DNA of 64,000 nucleotides from Hydrolagus colliei (Eukaryota), in assembly GCA_035084275.1 (NCBI GenBank), contig CM068749.1:14570001-14634000 (forward strand). The letters run 5' to 3'. The notes under the pieces were generated by a model. It was given only the letters and a program-made list of their open reading frames with translations. It made no database searches and was not told the DNA's origin. The translations under genes were made by a program, and so were the position numbers. This document shows positions 24,007 through 37,281 of the stretch, piece by piece (position 1 is the first letter of the stretch; every line of letters begins with the position of its first letter).

Positions 24007-26199
24007 GTGAATATTCTGTTTCCTTTATCTCCTTTCTTTGGTCTTATTTTATCTTATTTTGATTTTAAAAACAAAAATCATAGAATTTCTCGCCCACATC
24101 ATTTTTTTATTTCCTCATTAATCTAATGAGCCTTCTTTACCTAATTCATGTAACTACTGTTGTGCAAATTAGTTTGAAGCAAAGAGATCACACTTTAGCT
24201 GATGGGTTGGTTCTGAGGCAACTGTTATTTGCAGAATGTCACACCTCAGACATGATTTAACGGAAGCAAGCTAACATGATATTTAATGAGATCCTGCAAA
24301 ACAGAGAATCTGAAAGGAATCGTTTTTTTTGGGGGGGGACATGTAATTTATAGAAATATTCCATTATACAGAAATATACTATTTTCAATAAATTGCCCAA
24401 CTGTGTTTCAATTTAAAAAAATCACAAAAAATATTCATGGGATCTCATGGTGTTTCAACTTGTTGGTTAGTCTGTCTGTAAAATGGACTGAGAAAACAAC
24501 ACTAATCCCACATGTGTAATAAAATTTTATGAATCAAACAGAAGAATATAGCTGATTTGCACAATGTTCTGGATTTGGCTATCAAATCCATATTTATAGA
24601 CTCATTTATGAAATACTGCAATATGTTTGTTTAATCCAAGCGAGAAAGGGGATTCCAGCTCCTAAATACTCTCTTGTGACACTTGCAGCAAAGTGTGCAT
24701 ATAGCACGTATGGACGTCTTGTCTTTTATCATGGTGATGTTAGATTCTCACTGTCCAGAGTTATATGTGGAGGGTTGGGCACCTAGTGGAGACCTCCTGT
24801 TGACGATAGAGCACTTCCCCAGGGAATGCCTTCAGAATAGGGAATAAAGAGAATAAAATTGGGATAAACAAGTAACAAAAACAGTTTTGAAGCACAGTAT
24901 CTTAGGGATCTCAGTATTTGTTCCTGTCATATGATTGATAGAGTCAGAAAACTGTGTTGGAAGCATAATATCATCTCACCATTCATATGCCAACCTCAGT
25001 GACCAACATTTAACTCTCAAACATGCCAGCAGGCCTAGGAAAATTTCTGTCACCAAGGTCAACAGGATTTCAATTGAAAAATAATGTTTCCACTCCCATT
25101 TTCAAAGTATACACCAGCATTAAGTTCATGTGCGTACATTTATGTTTGGTGGGTAGTGCAGGAATTTGGATTATTTATCTTGTGCATCAGTACAAATACT
25201 GTTGAACACTCCAGTAAAGTGTTTAGACTCTGTACAATGGTGCAGTGTTACCTCAGTGACATTGATAGACAGATGATTTATTCTTTTTAGTATTATGGGT
25301 AGGTCTAATATGCAGAGATTCATAACTAGAGTCATTATTAGGGACTGCTGCTGGAGATTAGTCACCTAATTGGTCATGAAGGTTTAGGCGAGAACTCCCT
25401 CGCCATTTGTGAACATGAGAAATTGCCCTTGTGTTGTTTATACCTAAACTCTTATTGAGTTTAGGTATATAACCCCTAAAGGCAGTTACTCACATTGACA
25501 AGGCTCAAGGCCTTTCAGATGCCTTTCTTCAGTATTTTGGGGTGGGAGGAATATTTATTTCGGAACTCATTTCAACCTCATTCCTTACAAAAGGACAAGA
25601 TGTCCTGCTCAAATTTCTCAATTTCCAAAAGACAATTACCTATATCTGCGAATGCGTGTCAGACTGGGCTGAACATTTGACAGCCAGCTGACAGGATAGA
25701 AGCCGGCTGCGTAGCTCGGAACAAACCATCTGTCCCGTTCACTGCCACCGAATCAGATGGAGCCAGGCTTCTCTGTGATTAGCATTAAGAATGGTTCCAA
25801 GGGACAGGGGGAAGACTTTACACACAATCATGTTCTCAATTGTATCACTTCAAAATACTACGATTAAATCCAAACTCGCGCGTTAGACTTCCGTGTTCAG
25901 AATTGAAATAGACACAGTGCCCTTAAAAGTGGCTGTCATCTCCCCAGTTCACTGTAAATAAAATTTCCACATTCTAGTTTCTGTATTAACATTTTTTAGT
26001 CACAGATTTACTGTAGTCACTAAAAAAAAACAGATTCTACTGCATTCGTTGTATTTTGTTGGAACATAATTCTATTAGTGCTCCTGACATAAAACCAATA
26101 AGAGATAACTTATTATCACACTTTGCATGCAAAAAACAATTAATAGAAACTTTGAGACAGTAATTGTGTAATGATTTAAATACTTTAATTGTTTCTCAG

Positions 26200-26253
26200 G
26201 GTGAAGATGGTTTCCCTGGTTTCAAGGGTGACATGGGTCTCAAAGGTGACAGG
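26200..26253 (+). CDS. COL11A1: Exon 29-equivalent, 54 nt, GEDGFPGFKGDMGLKGDR
   Basis: tctcag| ... |gtaagt. Confidence 0.96.
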
Positions 26254-27088
26254 GTAAGTGCGTTTACCATTTATCTCTTTCAATCCATATCATCTATTTA
26301 CTGTGCTTCAGGCTGAGCAAAGTTGACCGAGACAATGAATGTGCCAGACTTTCCATTTTCACATAGAAAAGCAATAAATACTTTTTTGCAAGGCATCATT
26401 TGATCCTTCATTTATCCTTTTTCATTACATTGGACATATCAACTGAAAAGTAAAAAGCTGTGAAGGTAACATTTTTACCTTTTCTTACTGTCTGGCTTGG
26501 CCTCTCACTTCTGTAAATCTCTACTGGAATTCTCCTTTTTCCCCATTCGCAGAATTGTCTTAGAAAAAATCTAATTACAAAAGAGGTAACGGCTTCTGCA
26601 TCGCAGGGCAGTCAAGGGTGAAACAAATAAATTATCACTCGCTTTTGCGCAAGTTATTCTCTGGTGGAAATGTTAATATTGATGTTTGGATATAAGATTC
26701 TTTAAACTCTGGGGATTGATTTTGAATCCAATTTCCAAACGAAACATACGTGAGTTCATCACATGCCAACGTACCCTTCAATGCAGTTGTCAAGGAAAAT
26801 GTGTGGTTCTTTGCAATTACTGAGGAATTGGCTGTTAATATTTTACAAAAGATTGGAATACATCTAGTGTGGAATTCGCTCATTTTGTCATTGGTGTTTT
26901 AATCATTTTTAATTTTTAAAAAATATTTAACATCAATGCATAAAATACTTGCACTTTTTTGAACTGTTATTAGTGTACATACAATGTGCCACCACCAAGC
27001 GAAAGAGGGGAGAGGGTCAATGTCCCCCCTTCTCTGCTAAGGTTAATCCCTCCCTCATCAAGCATCTAATAAACTTATGTATATTTAT

Positions 27089-27856
27089 TAGGGTCCGGCG
27101 ATATATCGATATATCGCTAAAACCTGATATAATTTTCATATCGATACGCCGATATAGGCATTTCAAAAATATCGATATATCGAAAAGTCGAGGGGGTGGG
27201 AAGAGAAGGCTGGGTGGGGGGTGTGGGGGTTGAGGGGGAGAGAGATGGCTGGGGGGAGTGGGAGAGAGATGGCTGGGGGGAGTGGGAGAGAGACGGCTGG
27301 GGGGAGTGGGAGAGAGACGGCTGGGGGGAGTGGGAGAGAGACGGCTGGGGGGAGTGGGAGAGAGACGGCTGGGGGCAAGGGGAAAGAGACAGCTGGGGGG
27401 AGGGGGAGAGAGACGGCAGGGGGGAGGGGGAGAGAGACGGCTGTGGGGAGGGGGAGAGAGCCGGCTGGGGGAGGAGGGAGAGAGAGACGGGGGGGGGGGG
27501 AGGGGGAAAGAGACGGCTGGGGGGGGCGGGGGGGAGAGAGACGGCGGGGAGGGTGGGGGGAGAGACGGGGTGGATGTGATAATATACAGATAGATAGAGA
27601 TGGGGGGATGTGAGAGAGACACAGAGAAACAGACAGAAAAACACAGAGATGGAGAGAGTGAGAGACACAGAGAGAGAAAGATATTTACCTCCTGAGGAGA
27701 TAGGCCCCGAATGCGCGTGCACCCGGAACGCGCATGCACTCTGAATGCGCGCGCATGCGCAGTACGAAAAACCTGAAAATATCGATATTTCGGTATATCT
27801 CGATATGAGCTCATCGATATATCTAAATCGGAAAATTTCCATATCAACGGACCCTA
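27089..27856 (+). mobile_element. Non-autonomous hAT-type DNA transposon, copy A (strand arbitrary)
   Basis: Termini TAGGGTCCG...CGGACCCTA; 8-bp TSD atatttat/atatttac; TATCGATA subterminal repeats; no transposase ORF. Confidence 0.9.
27190..27575. repeat. G-rich minisatellite of about 24 bp (GGCTGGGGGGAGTGGGAGAGAGAC) inside copy A
   Basis: Tandem units are directly visible and produce the spurious GWGEWERD repeat ORFs. Confidence 0.9.
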
Positions 27857-28099
27857 ATATTTACTTATCTTCAATTACAACTCTGAAAGTCTGTTTCCCC
27901 AAATCCAGCCATACTGTAATGAATGACACTTCTATAGCTTAATGGGAGCAACAGATAATGATAGAAAGGATGAATATGAACAATCTAAATGTTGCCAGAA
28001 GAAAAAGCAATTCACTCTCAAATTTTTTTAATAAATTTTGTGAAGAACTGAAAATGTTCCCACTAATAGTTCAGTTCATAAAAGGGAATAAATGTGAAA

Positions 28100-28422
28100 C
28101 AATGGCGGTCCTAATGGTTTGTACTGACTCAACTGAGCTACAAATGGTAGGATTACACCAAGGGTTAGGGAATGGAGAAAAACAACCGAAAATTCCTGCT
28201 TGGGATCGCCGATCCTTGCTTGTAGGTGTGTGTGTGTGTAGGTGCTTGTATAGGTGCGTTTGTGTGCTTGTGTGCACACTCATACTATCGTTCACCTCGC
28301 TACTTCTCATTGCCTTGCGGCTCACCTATGAACAATGGCCACTTGGGAAGAAGTATGAGAGGGCAGCTGTGGTTTGTGGAACTGTACCCCAATGTGAATC
28401 AGCAGCTTGAGGGGAGGAGAAA
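28100..28422 (+). mobile_element. Ancient SINE copy (same family as 5840-6130)
   Basis: gggttagggaatggagaaaaacaacc ... ggctcacctatgaacaatggccacttggg ... gtggaactgtacccca. Confidence 0.5.
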
Positions 28423-28511
28423 GTAGATACTTTTTTTTCACATTTGGTGGGTCCTTTTCTGTTAGCAATACTTTCAGCAAATGTCTTTAGGGTACAGATC
28501 CTCTAATCCTG

Positions 28512-28827
28512 GAGTCATGTAGTTCAGTGGTTAGAGTGCTCATCTTATAAGCGAGAGACCCGAGTTCAATTACAGACAGGGTGAAACCTTGGGCAAGTTT
28601 CCTTACTCCACATGCCTGATAATAATCCCTAAAAAAAAACAAAAAAAAACCCAACTGGTCATTTCAATCCACCACTGTTTGTGGTACACTGCTATGCGCA
28701 TTTGGCAGCCCCATTTCGCCCACAAAATATACAGTGAATTTACTTTACAGTATAATCTGTGAAGTATTTTGATATGTCAAGAACACGTGAAAGGCATTAT
28801 ATCAAATGCATGGATTATTATGATTAT
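28512..28827 (+). mobile_element. Full-length tRNA-derived SINE with L2-like tail
   Basis: A box tagttcagtgg and B box gagttcaatt, Deu-like 3' body, (TTA)n tail; homologous to 31682-31996 and 41173-41452. Confidence 0.85.
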
Positions 28828-29099
28828 AGATCCTATTAAATTCTAAAACATAGTCAAGTGCCTTTCTGAAATGACTGTGAAGCTTCAGTAGTACATCTTG
28901 TGGGTTAGTTTGTTATCTTGTTTAATATCCCCCACAAGAATTGCAGATGAACGAGGAAAGTGTTTCAGAAAAATAGTCAGTTATGTTCAGATATACAACT
29001 GAAATCGCTTCTAGTGGTGTTAATGGTTGTGAATCGCATTGCGTTTTTTTCATCACCTCTAATGCTCATCATTCCCTTTGGGTTTTCTTTTCCTCACAG

Positions 29100-29207
29100 G
29101 GTGAAACTGGACTTGCGGGTCCTCGAGGCGAGGATGGGCCTGAAGGTCCAAAAGGCCGGTCAGGACCGCCAGGTGACGCTGGTTCAGCAGGTCCCGCAGG
29201 TGAAAAG
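29100..29207 (+). CDS. COL11A1: Exon 30-equivalent, 108 nt, [36 protein letters not shown]
   Basis: tcacag| ... |gtcagt. Confidence 0.96.
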
Positions 29208-30940
29208 GTCAGTGGGCAACCATTATAAAGCAGGTCAGCAGTACAGCCTGACACTCTCACTGTTCAGCTGATCTGCAACATAAAGAAACTTAAGAAATTG
29301 TGTGTAAATACTAGAATTGTGTTTAAAAGAAAAGATGTGAGGTTTTTGCAGCAGCACTACCGTTGAGGCATGAATCCAAGCTATAAAATAGGAATCTTAT
29401 TTATCTTGGCAGTAAAGTCTGTGCTGTGCTCAAACCTACCATGCCAATGCTGTTTAGCACCATCAGAAACACTAGGCAGGACACATGGGATTGCATTTCA
29501 AAATTCGCAATCCACTTGAAACCACTTTACCCTTCCTATAAAAAGAAATAACTGTTGATTGTTTAGATTTGCACATTATGCTCAGTCAGTACAGAGAAAA
29601 TATACAGGTTTGTATGAATTACTTGTGGTTACCAGAAGGAATCCAACTTGCAAATTGGTGGGAGGGTTTTTAACAAATCCCATTTGAAATTGGCTAAGAA
29701 TTAGAAACTAAACCAATGCAAACTTTTGAAAGTCACGTTTAATCATTATATTCCTAAAACCTTGGTAATAAACAAAATATTTGAGAATCCACAAAGAGTT
29801 GTTTCAAAATGCACACAACTCGGCAGCTGAATGCTCTGTCAATTCTTAGCCTGACCACTAGGTAGGGTTGTCTTGTAGCAATGAAGGAGTTTGCTGGCAT
29901 TGGCCAATTTATTGCTGACATCCCCCATTCAGGTAAGTGGAATGGTGTGGAAAGATGGTCATTAGAGAAGCTTTTAAAGTAATTTACATTTACTCTTCTA
30001 GTTGAAAGTCGTTCCAAATTTCAAAGCAAAAACAGCAACATACCCGATAATAGTTTCACCGAGCGCAAGAGTGCTCTTTGTCTGTGAGTAAGACAGACCT
30101 ATTGTATTGGCTATAGATTTTGCACATGGTTTATTATATATTTAAACTCTCATGGGGAAGGAGCAGAAGTTGTAATTAACTTTTATTAAATTGCTCTGAG
30201 AATCCGTGATCAAAATGATTCCGTTCATTTTAACACATTTCTATAATGGAACACCTTGGAGCAAGCACAATAAATAGCATTGTGGGTCCTATACTTCATA
30301 TTATTAGCTCTGGTAGGGAAGTTCAGCCCTTGAAGCTATCTATTGCAGAGGCTATCGAGTAAAGATGTTAGACTCATTTATTGTTTTCTGAATGCTCTGA
30401 AATGCACTGTACAGTATTCTTTTAAGGAAGCAATTATTGTGAAACCTTCAACAGTTTAATAATCTGCTTTTAAGATGGACCTATTTATCATTAATCGTTT
30501 TGTTTACCATATATTACAGAATGTCTTGAATATCAGTCTTAATCACTCATACACTGCGTAACCTGAGTTCAATTTATCTGAATTGCCACAGAATCTGACT
30601 CAGACCTTTCTGTGATATATTTACAGCATGAGACATCCTATTAAATCCTACATCATCAAATTTAAAAGTAGATTATATTTTGATGTTCTGGAAGTAAGAG
30701 AGATTAAGCAGCGTAGAGATTCAACTCTGCACTCTTCTTCTGTTTCTAAAAGATTTTCCAAAATACTCTTTCTCTAGCTTACAGAAGACATAAGGCTCAA
30801 CGATGTAATTAACTGATAAATCAAATTCAAGGATTATTGTTATCATAAAAGCTCTGATTCTCTTATTAACACTAAGGTTCAGGAGACTAATGTATCCTTG
30901 TTTTATCACCGATCAAACGTTTATAAATCGTGTGTTTCAG

Positions 30941-30994
30941 GGTAAACTTGGTGTTCCAGGCTTGCCAGGATATCCGGGAAGACAAGGCCCTAAG
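30941..30994 (+). CDS. COL11A1: Exon 31-equivalent, 54 nt, GKLGVPGLPGYPGRQGPK
   Basis: tttcag| ... |gtacac. Confidence 0.96.
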
Positions 30995-31681
30995 GTACAC
31001 TTTTTCTATCATCGCAAAATTTCCAAGGACTGAAGAACTGCAATGAGGCATTCAATCCACTGGCTTTTGTAATTTAATTGCTTGGAAATGTTGATAATGT
31101 TTCTGTCACCGGTCTGTTTGTTTTCTGTGTCATATGTACGTGCAAAAACAAATTAATTGGAATTTTCCATAATGAGGTTAAAATTGAGAAATAAAATGTG
31201 GAGTGAAAGGATATTTCAACAATTATAATTTGCATATTAAAACATTTTTTAATTGAAGAATGACAGACGATGTCATCAGAAGGATTTTAAGCGCTCACTT
31301 CATGATGCTCAGGACTAAATCCTAATAGTACTGTGCCATGTCAGTAGCTTTAATACTGCAATCCACAAGTAAAATGGGGATCCAGAATATAGTGGAATCT
31401 TTTTGTAAGTGGATTTGAATACTTCACACCTCATGTTGTGTTGGTTTTTCCTCATTCCCTTCCACGTTTTTACTCCTGTTCACTTTGAGTATTACTTCTT
31501 ATGCAATCTATTTCTAAAGTTTTTATACTTTGCCTCTTCAAGTGCACTATCTGGTGATTTGCTCAGCCTGTGTAGAGCGTTTGATTGGCTGAAAACCAGT
31601 TTCAAATGACAAGTTTCATCCAATCAAGGCCTTGAAGTGTAAAGATTACTGCCAATGTGGATTGGCACAACTAGCATTGTT

Positions 31682-31996
31682 GTGTCCTGTAGCTCAGTGG
31701 TTACAGCACACGCCATACAAGCAAGAGACCTGGGTTCGATTCCAGGCAGGGTGAAACCTTGGACAAGTTTCCTTACTCCACACACCTAAAAATAATCCTT
31801 CAAAAAATATTAAAAAGAAATTGGTTATTTCAATCCACGACTATTTGTGGGACACTGACTTGCGCAGTTGGCTGACACATTTTGCCCACAAATATACAGT
31901 CAATTCACTTTACAGTATATTCTGTGAAGTGCTTTGAGACATCTAGAAGATGTGAAAAGCGCTTTATCAAATGCAAGGATTATTGTTATTGTTGTT
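31682..31996 (+). mobile_element. Full-length tRNA-derived SINE
   Basis: tagctcagtgg ... gggttcgattcc; colinear with 28512-28827. Confidence 0.85.
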
Positions 31997-32536
31997 GGGT
32001 CAAAGGTGTGGCCAGGTCTGTCTTTAAATGCAATTATCATGGGTTAAATACTGGACGTTAGCATTGGATGCTCTGTTTTGTCCACCGGACTGAATGCTGA
32101 CTTGAATTTGTGTGCCAGCATGGGTTAACATATTTGCTAATTGACTTGCAAAGTGTATTCATGAATCTTAATGCTTATCTTTGTGGTGCGACTTGTTAAA
32201 AATGTGCTAATATTCCCAATGCAACCGGGATTTTTGTCCCCTCTGGTAAGCCATTAATTATTTCCCTTAAATAGATCTAATGAATTATGCAATGCATCAA
32301 CAGTTTTGTGAGAGCACGAGAAAAATTAGAAACAGCAATTTAGCAATGTTTTATTTGATGCATGATGTATTCAATAAGTTAGCTAAAAATAATATGGCTA
32401 TTTGGACTCCCAAATATTGATCAGTTTTTGCTCTGAAATAAGTTGCCTGTTAGAAAGTAAAGCACTGATAGTTTTCTTTTATAGCTGCAGGGATCAATTG
32501 TGTATCGTTTTTATTGTATTTCTTTCCTTTCATCAG

Positions 32537-32590
32537 GGTTCTACAGGCTTCCCAGGATTTCCTGGAGCTAATGGAGAAAAAGGCACAAGG
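32537..32590 (+). CDS. COL11A1: Exon 32-equivalent, 54 nt, GSTGFPGFPGANGEKGTR
   Basis: catcag| ... |gtaaga. Confidence 0.96.
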
Positions 32591-35144
32591 GTAAGATAAA
32601 TAATTATTTTTGGAAAGGGAATTAAACAGAAGGAACTATTGGCTGCAAAAAACAGTCACTTCACTTGATGGTAATTATCTGCCAAGCCCTTTTGAGACAT
32701 TTTGCCATGATCAAGTAGCATTAAAAGTTTTTTTAATATCAATTGTGTTACAGCACACATGGGTGTGGGATTGATGTAACTGACTTCCTTTCAATACAAC
32801 ACAATGATATGTGATCTCTTTCCTACCATGTGTCTGTTTGTACAAAACTGATCTAGTAGTTTGCCCAAATTCCAATTTGGGCAAACTACTAGATCCCTCT
32901 CAGCTCCCACTGTTTGGTATCAGCCAGCTTGGGTATCCAGCCAGCAGTATCAAACTCTATGCAACACCCCCCTGACAGGAAAGGCACTATATACATGTAA
33001 ATTTATATTGAAGTGTACCCTACTTACAATGTTAATTCCACATGATTTCATTCAGTTCAAGTTAGATCTGCTCAGGCTTTTCATGTCCCAGAGCTTCATT
33101 GAAGGGAAGATGTGAAGGCCATTGACATATATTGTGTAATTCAGTCGATGCTAGTGTGCAACAAAAGTCAATTTGGGGGCACAGTAAGATGCACTTCAAT
33201 CAAAATGTCATTGAAAGTGAGCACCAGTGTTCTTTTGAAGTAGTTTGACTGTGGCCCAATATAGACAGATGATTTTGCCATTGGGTACTGTACCAGATCG
33301 AGAACATGAATAGAAGAACCAACTTTGGATCTTAATATGTGAACTCACTGTGTTGTAAATAATATGTCATGCAAAAAAAATCAATGCAGAAAGAAAAATA
33401 GGAAGAGAAAAAAAAGCCTATTGTCACAAAGCATTGTCACTGATTTTTTTTTTTAAAAATGTAAGTCTAAAGCTGCTTTTGCAATCGGAAGCTTTGCACC
33501 ATGATTAAAAGGCTTTGGTTTATGGAAGGGACAGGAAGGTGTTAAACTAAACTTTAAGCAGCGGGTGAGTTCTTTTTGGATTCTGCCTTCAGGAAAATAA
33601 GCGTGGTTTTATACTTAGAACCCAGGAATGGAATTGTATTTTCCATTAGGGAAGCAGATGGAACAATTGTCGGTATGGCTCCTTACTGACAGTGGTAATA
33701 GATGTAGTATGAGCAGGTCACAGAGAAGGTCATTTGGCTGTTGTGAATAAATCCCTGTTGGAAGTGATGGCTGGCGTACCTCCCAGTTGCCAGGGTTTCC
33801 ATATGTGAAGATGACACCTGAGGTAACATAGTCACTGATAGCTTGAGGTGGTCGCTGTTCAGAAAGGATTGATATCACCCTGCAGAGCCAGCACATTCAA
33901 TTTTGCAATGATGCAAAAAAGGAAACCTGTACCTGTTGTTGGGTATGCTTCTGGAGTTTGGATAAATAATTTGGAGGAATTGCATCATACAAGTAATCAT
34001 AATTCTCAAGCCAAACACGTTTATCTCCAAATATTATAGCCTTTGGCTGTTTTAAGCCAATAAATCTGAGGCCATGAACAATGTAAAATTAACGTTTTTC
34101 TTGTTTAGCTGTTTACAAAACTAAAGTTTGGCAACTTTTCTATCGGTTTTGCTGACCGTATCCAATAATAATTATCTTATCCCTATTCATAATGAATTGC
34201 TTCAAACAATTTCAACCCACAAATACAGTCAATCTAATATGTTGCATTACTTAATGCACTGAAATCAATATATTACTAAACAAAATGGTTACATTCTCAA
34301 ATTAAAATGTTGCATTACAAAGAATAAGCAGCATTTTACATATAGAATGCTTCTAAATTAAAAGTTGTATATTAAACAGAAGGGAAACCTATCACTAGAG
34401 TATGCTTTGTTATTTCAATACCTAATTCTGTATGACAAATACATGTAGATTTATATCTGTAAAAATTTAATTTATGATCATTCTAATTAGAGCCTTAACC
34501 TCCTTCTATAGATCAATTTATATAATAAGTACAAATAGCACATCATTCATCTAGCAAAGAAAATTGCCTTTAACTGAAGCATGGGACATTGTGCTGCCAA
34601 TTTCTAAACCCAGTGCAATAGTCCAAACATTAAGTAAACATTCAACATGATAAATAAGGGACTCATTTGGAATCTGTTTTATTATACCTTTGTATATGAG
34701 GTTAGCTAATGGTGCTACATATATTGTGCGTATTAGTATTGCATTGTACCATTGTGTATATACAAGCATCGGTTCACCAAAAGCTTGTGATATTGTGATA
34801 TTGCTGCTGACTTGATTAATGTAGCAATGCAGAGATCAAAGAATATGTAGGAATCCCTGAGTTCCTTGGCAACTCTCTCACCTGAAGGATTGCAGTTAGG
34901 TGCTAGAAGCATTACATCAAAGAAAGCATAGTTTCAAGGAAGACACATTCTTTATTATTACAGGCATTTATTTTAATTTAACCCGAACACTTAATGTTCC
35001 TCGGCATTGGCTAATTGGGATTTGCATGTATTTGAGCTGACCACCTTGCAACCTACTTATACTCTATTTCAATCATTTACAATATTAAAGTATTCGTCTC
35101 ATAATTAGCATCTCTGACGGATCTACATTGTGTCTTTCTCTTAG

Positions 35145-35189
35145 GGTGTTCCAGGCAAGCCTGGCCCAAGAGGACAGCGAGGCCCAACG
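35145..35189 (+). CDS. COL11A1: Exon 33-equivalent, 45 nt, GVPGKPGPRGQRGPT (basic heparin-binding site of type V/XI chains)
   Basis: tcttag| ... |gtaggt. Confidence 0.96.
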
Positions 35190-35599
35190 GTAGGTATCTA
35201 TCTGTCTTGTACTTGTAATGGGGAAATGTGTTAAGTGGCAGAAGATGCATCTGATAGCATGAATTATGTATACATAATGTACCTGCAAAAGTAAATTACT
35301 GTTAACAGATATTATCGGAACACTATTTAAAATGGGAAAACTTGAGAGACCACTAGATACCTGGTTTAAACGAATCCTCAGTGAAAATAGTTCTTGATCA
35401 AATGCAAATTGATCTATTCACTTAGAATCTCGGGCTATTGTTAATAGCAACTTTAAATGGATATACTTTGGGCATTAGTACTTATAAATATAAATTTATG
35501 CAACAACATTTGTCTTAAATGTCTTAATTTATTCACGATGCAGAATTATTTTTGCTGTTTAAAATCTTCAAATCATTTGTTTGTTGATGAAATACCTAG

Positions 35600-35653
35600 G
35601 GACCCCGTGGGGCTCGAGGACTAAGGGGACCAACTGGGAAACCAGGACCAAAG
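35600..35653 (+). CDS. COL11A1: Exon 34-equivalent, 54 nt, GPRGARGLRGPTGKPGPK
   Basis: acctag| ... |gtaatt. Confidence 0.95.
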
Positions 35654-36021
35654 GTAATTGTTTTATCATTATTGTATCGTTGTAGCCTACAAAATAAGCA
35701 GTCACTGCACAGTGAATCCTCCGAAGCACTTTAAGACATCCTTGTGACATGAAAGGCATAATATCAAATGCAAGGATTTTATTTTAGCAGTCTTTCCATT
35801 TGTTATAGAGCCTTATCTTGCCTTCGAGATACCTCAAAGCCCTTCACAGAATATACTTTAAAATCGATTTACTGAATATTTTGTGGGTGAAACTCGGCAA
35901 CCAATTGTGCATAGCAGTGTTGCATAGCAGTCCTGCATGTGGTATCCCCCAAAATTTATGCAATTGGAAAACCAACATATATGCATTTGTATTAATATCT
36001 TCAATTTGTTCTTCCCTCTAG

Positions 36022-36066
36022 GGTACTTCAGGCAATGATGGACCCCCTGGGCCTCCCGGTGAAAGG
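36022..36066 (+). CDS. COL11A1: Exon 35-equivalent, 45 nt, [15 protein letters not shown]
   Basis: ctctag| ... |gtaagg. Confidence 0.96.
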
Positions 36067-37227
36067 GTAAGGAAGATTCTCAGGTTGATTCCTTCAGATC
36101 TGTTCCTTCACTTACAGTCAGTCAGAATTGTGCCATTTTAGAATCCACTTCCACCACATCATTGTTTTCCTTACAATGCAGGAGAATCAGTTTAGCAGAT
36201 TATAGGGTCACTGCAATAGCAACTTAAATATTCAACGTTTAAATTGTACACCGTTATACATTGTTGAGCAACACACTGAACTGGCCTTTTTCTTAATATC
36301 TTGGCTTAAACTAACTAACTAACTAATCTTACCATTTGGAATGGTAGAACCATTTTGCTGATAGTGTTGCAACAAAAAAAAAATAACCTACATAAACGCA
36401 TTCAAATCAGAATCAGCTTTGATGTTCTCCAAAGTCGAGTCATTTTCACTTGTGTCTAATTTCATTATGAAGAGAAGCCACTTGGGTTAAGCCAACAGAG
36501 GGTGGAAAGGATCCATGGAATTGTTTGACAGTATGATTCGGCTGCTTTCTTATGAGAGGAGAGGAAATTGTCAACAAAAAAAATGTTGTTCATGCCTTCC
36601 TCCCTCAGAGATTTTGTTTTTCAGTCTATTTGGCATACATACACTTTTGTCTTTCAGTTCGCTATTTAGTAACCTCAGGGTAAAATTAGATAAAAGGAAA
36701 CTAGTCCCTTATGGGACAACAAAATTTGACTTCAGAACTGTGAATTGTGCATTTTTAGCATGAAGACTGAAGCACTGGCAGCTTGTGGGCTGAAAGAAAG
36801 CAATAGAATAGCAAACAAGGCATACATTGCGCTTGCATCAAGTTAACTGCTAGCTTTGCTTTCAGATGGAGGATATATTGAAACTGGAGCTAGCGTGCCA
36901 CAGCTAACTATCCATTGTATTGCAAGCTAATTACATTGTCTGATTTCTTCAATCTTGCCTGAATGCCAGCAGAACAACACAAACCCATCTTCTATTGACG
37001 ATGTTTGAAAGCCTTGCTCCTTCCTCTGACCCAACTACTGGTAAAACATGGCAGCAGCAGCAGTCAATCAAGTTGGTTGCTGCGAACACTATTGGACTGA
37101 AATAGTCCAGATAGCTTCTTTCAGTGTGGCAGTCATAATAGATGCTGCATCACTGACAGACCCGTGGGTAGATTTTTGAGGTTGTGATATGTGATACTGT
37201 ATGTAACACACATTCTGTCTGTTTCAG

Positions 37228-37281
37228 GGGCCTCAAGGTCCTCAGGGCCCCGCTGGATTTCCAGGACCAAAAGGCCCCCCT
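37228..37281 (+). CDS. COL11A1: Exon 36-equivalent, 54 nt, GPQGPQGPAGFPGPKGPP
   Basis: tttcag| ... |gtaagt. Confidence 0.96.

Noticed and set aside
27240-27480. Regular 24-bp repeats as a possible CRISPR array
   Set aside because: The units are head-to-tail with no unique spacers, the context is a eukaryotic intron, and there are no cas genes.
26949-27942. Long overlapping ORFs (up to 276 aa) with Pro/Ser or Gly/Glu/Arg repeats
   Set aside because: They result from the stop-free minisatellite inside MITE copy A; no transposase or other domain is present.
28512-28585. tRNA-like sequences (also 31682-31755)
   Set aside because: The A/B boxes continue into a SINE body and tail and the cloverleaf is imperfect, so these are SINE heads rather than tRNA genes.
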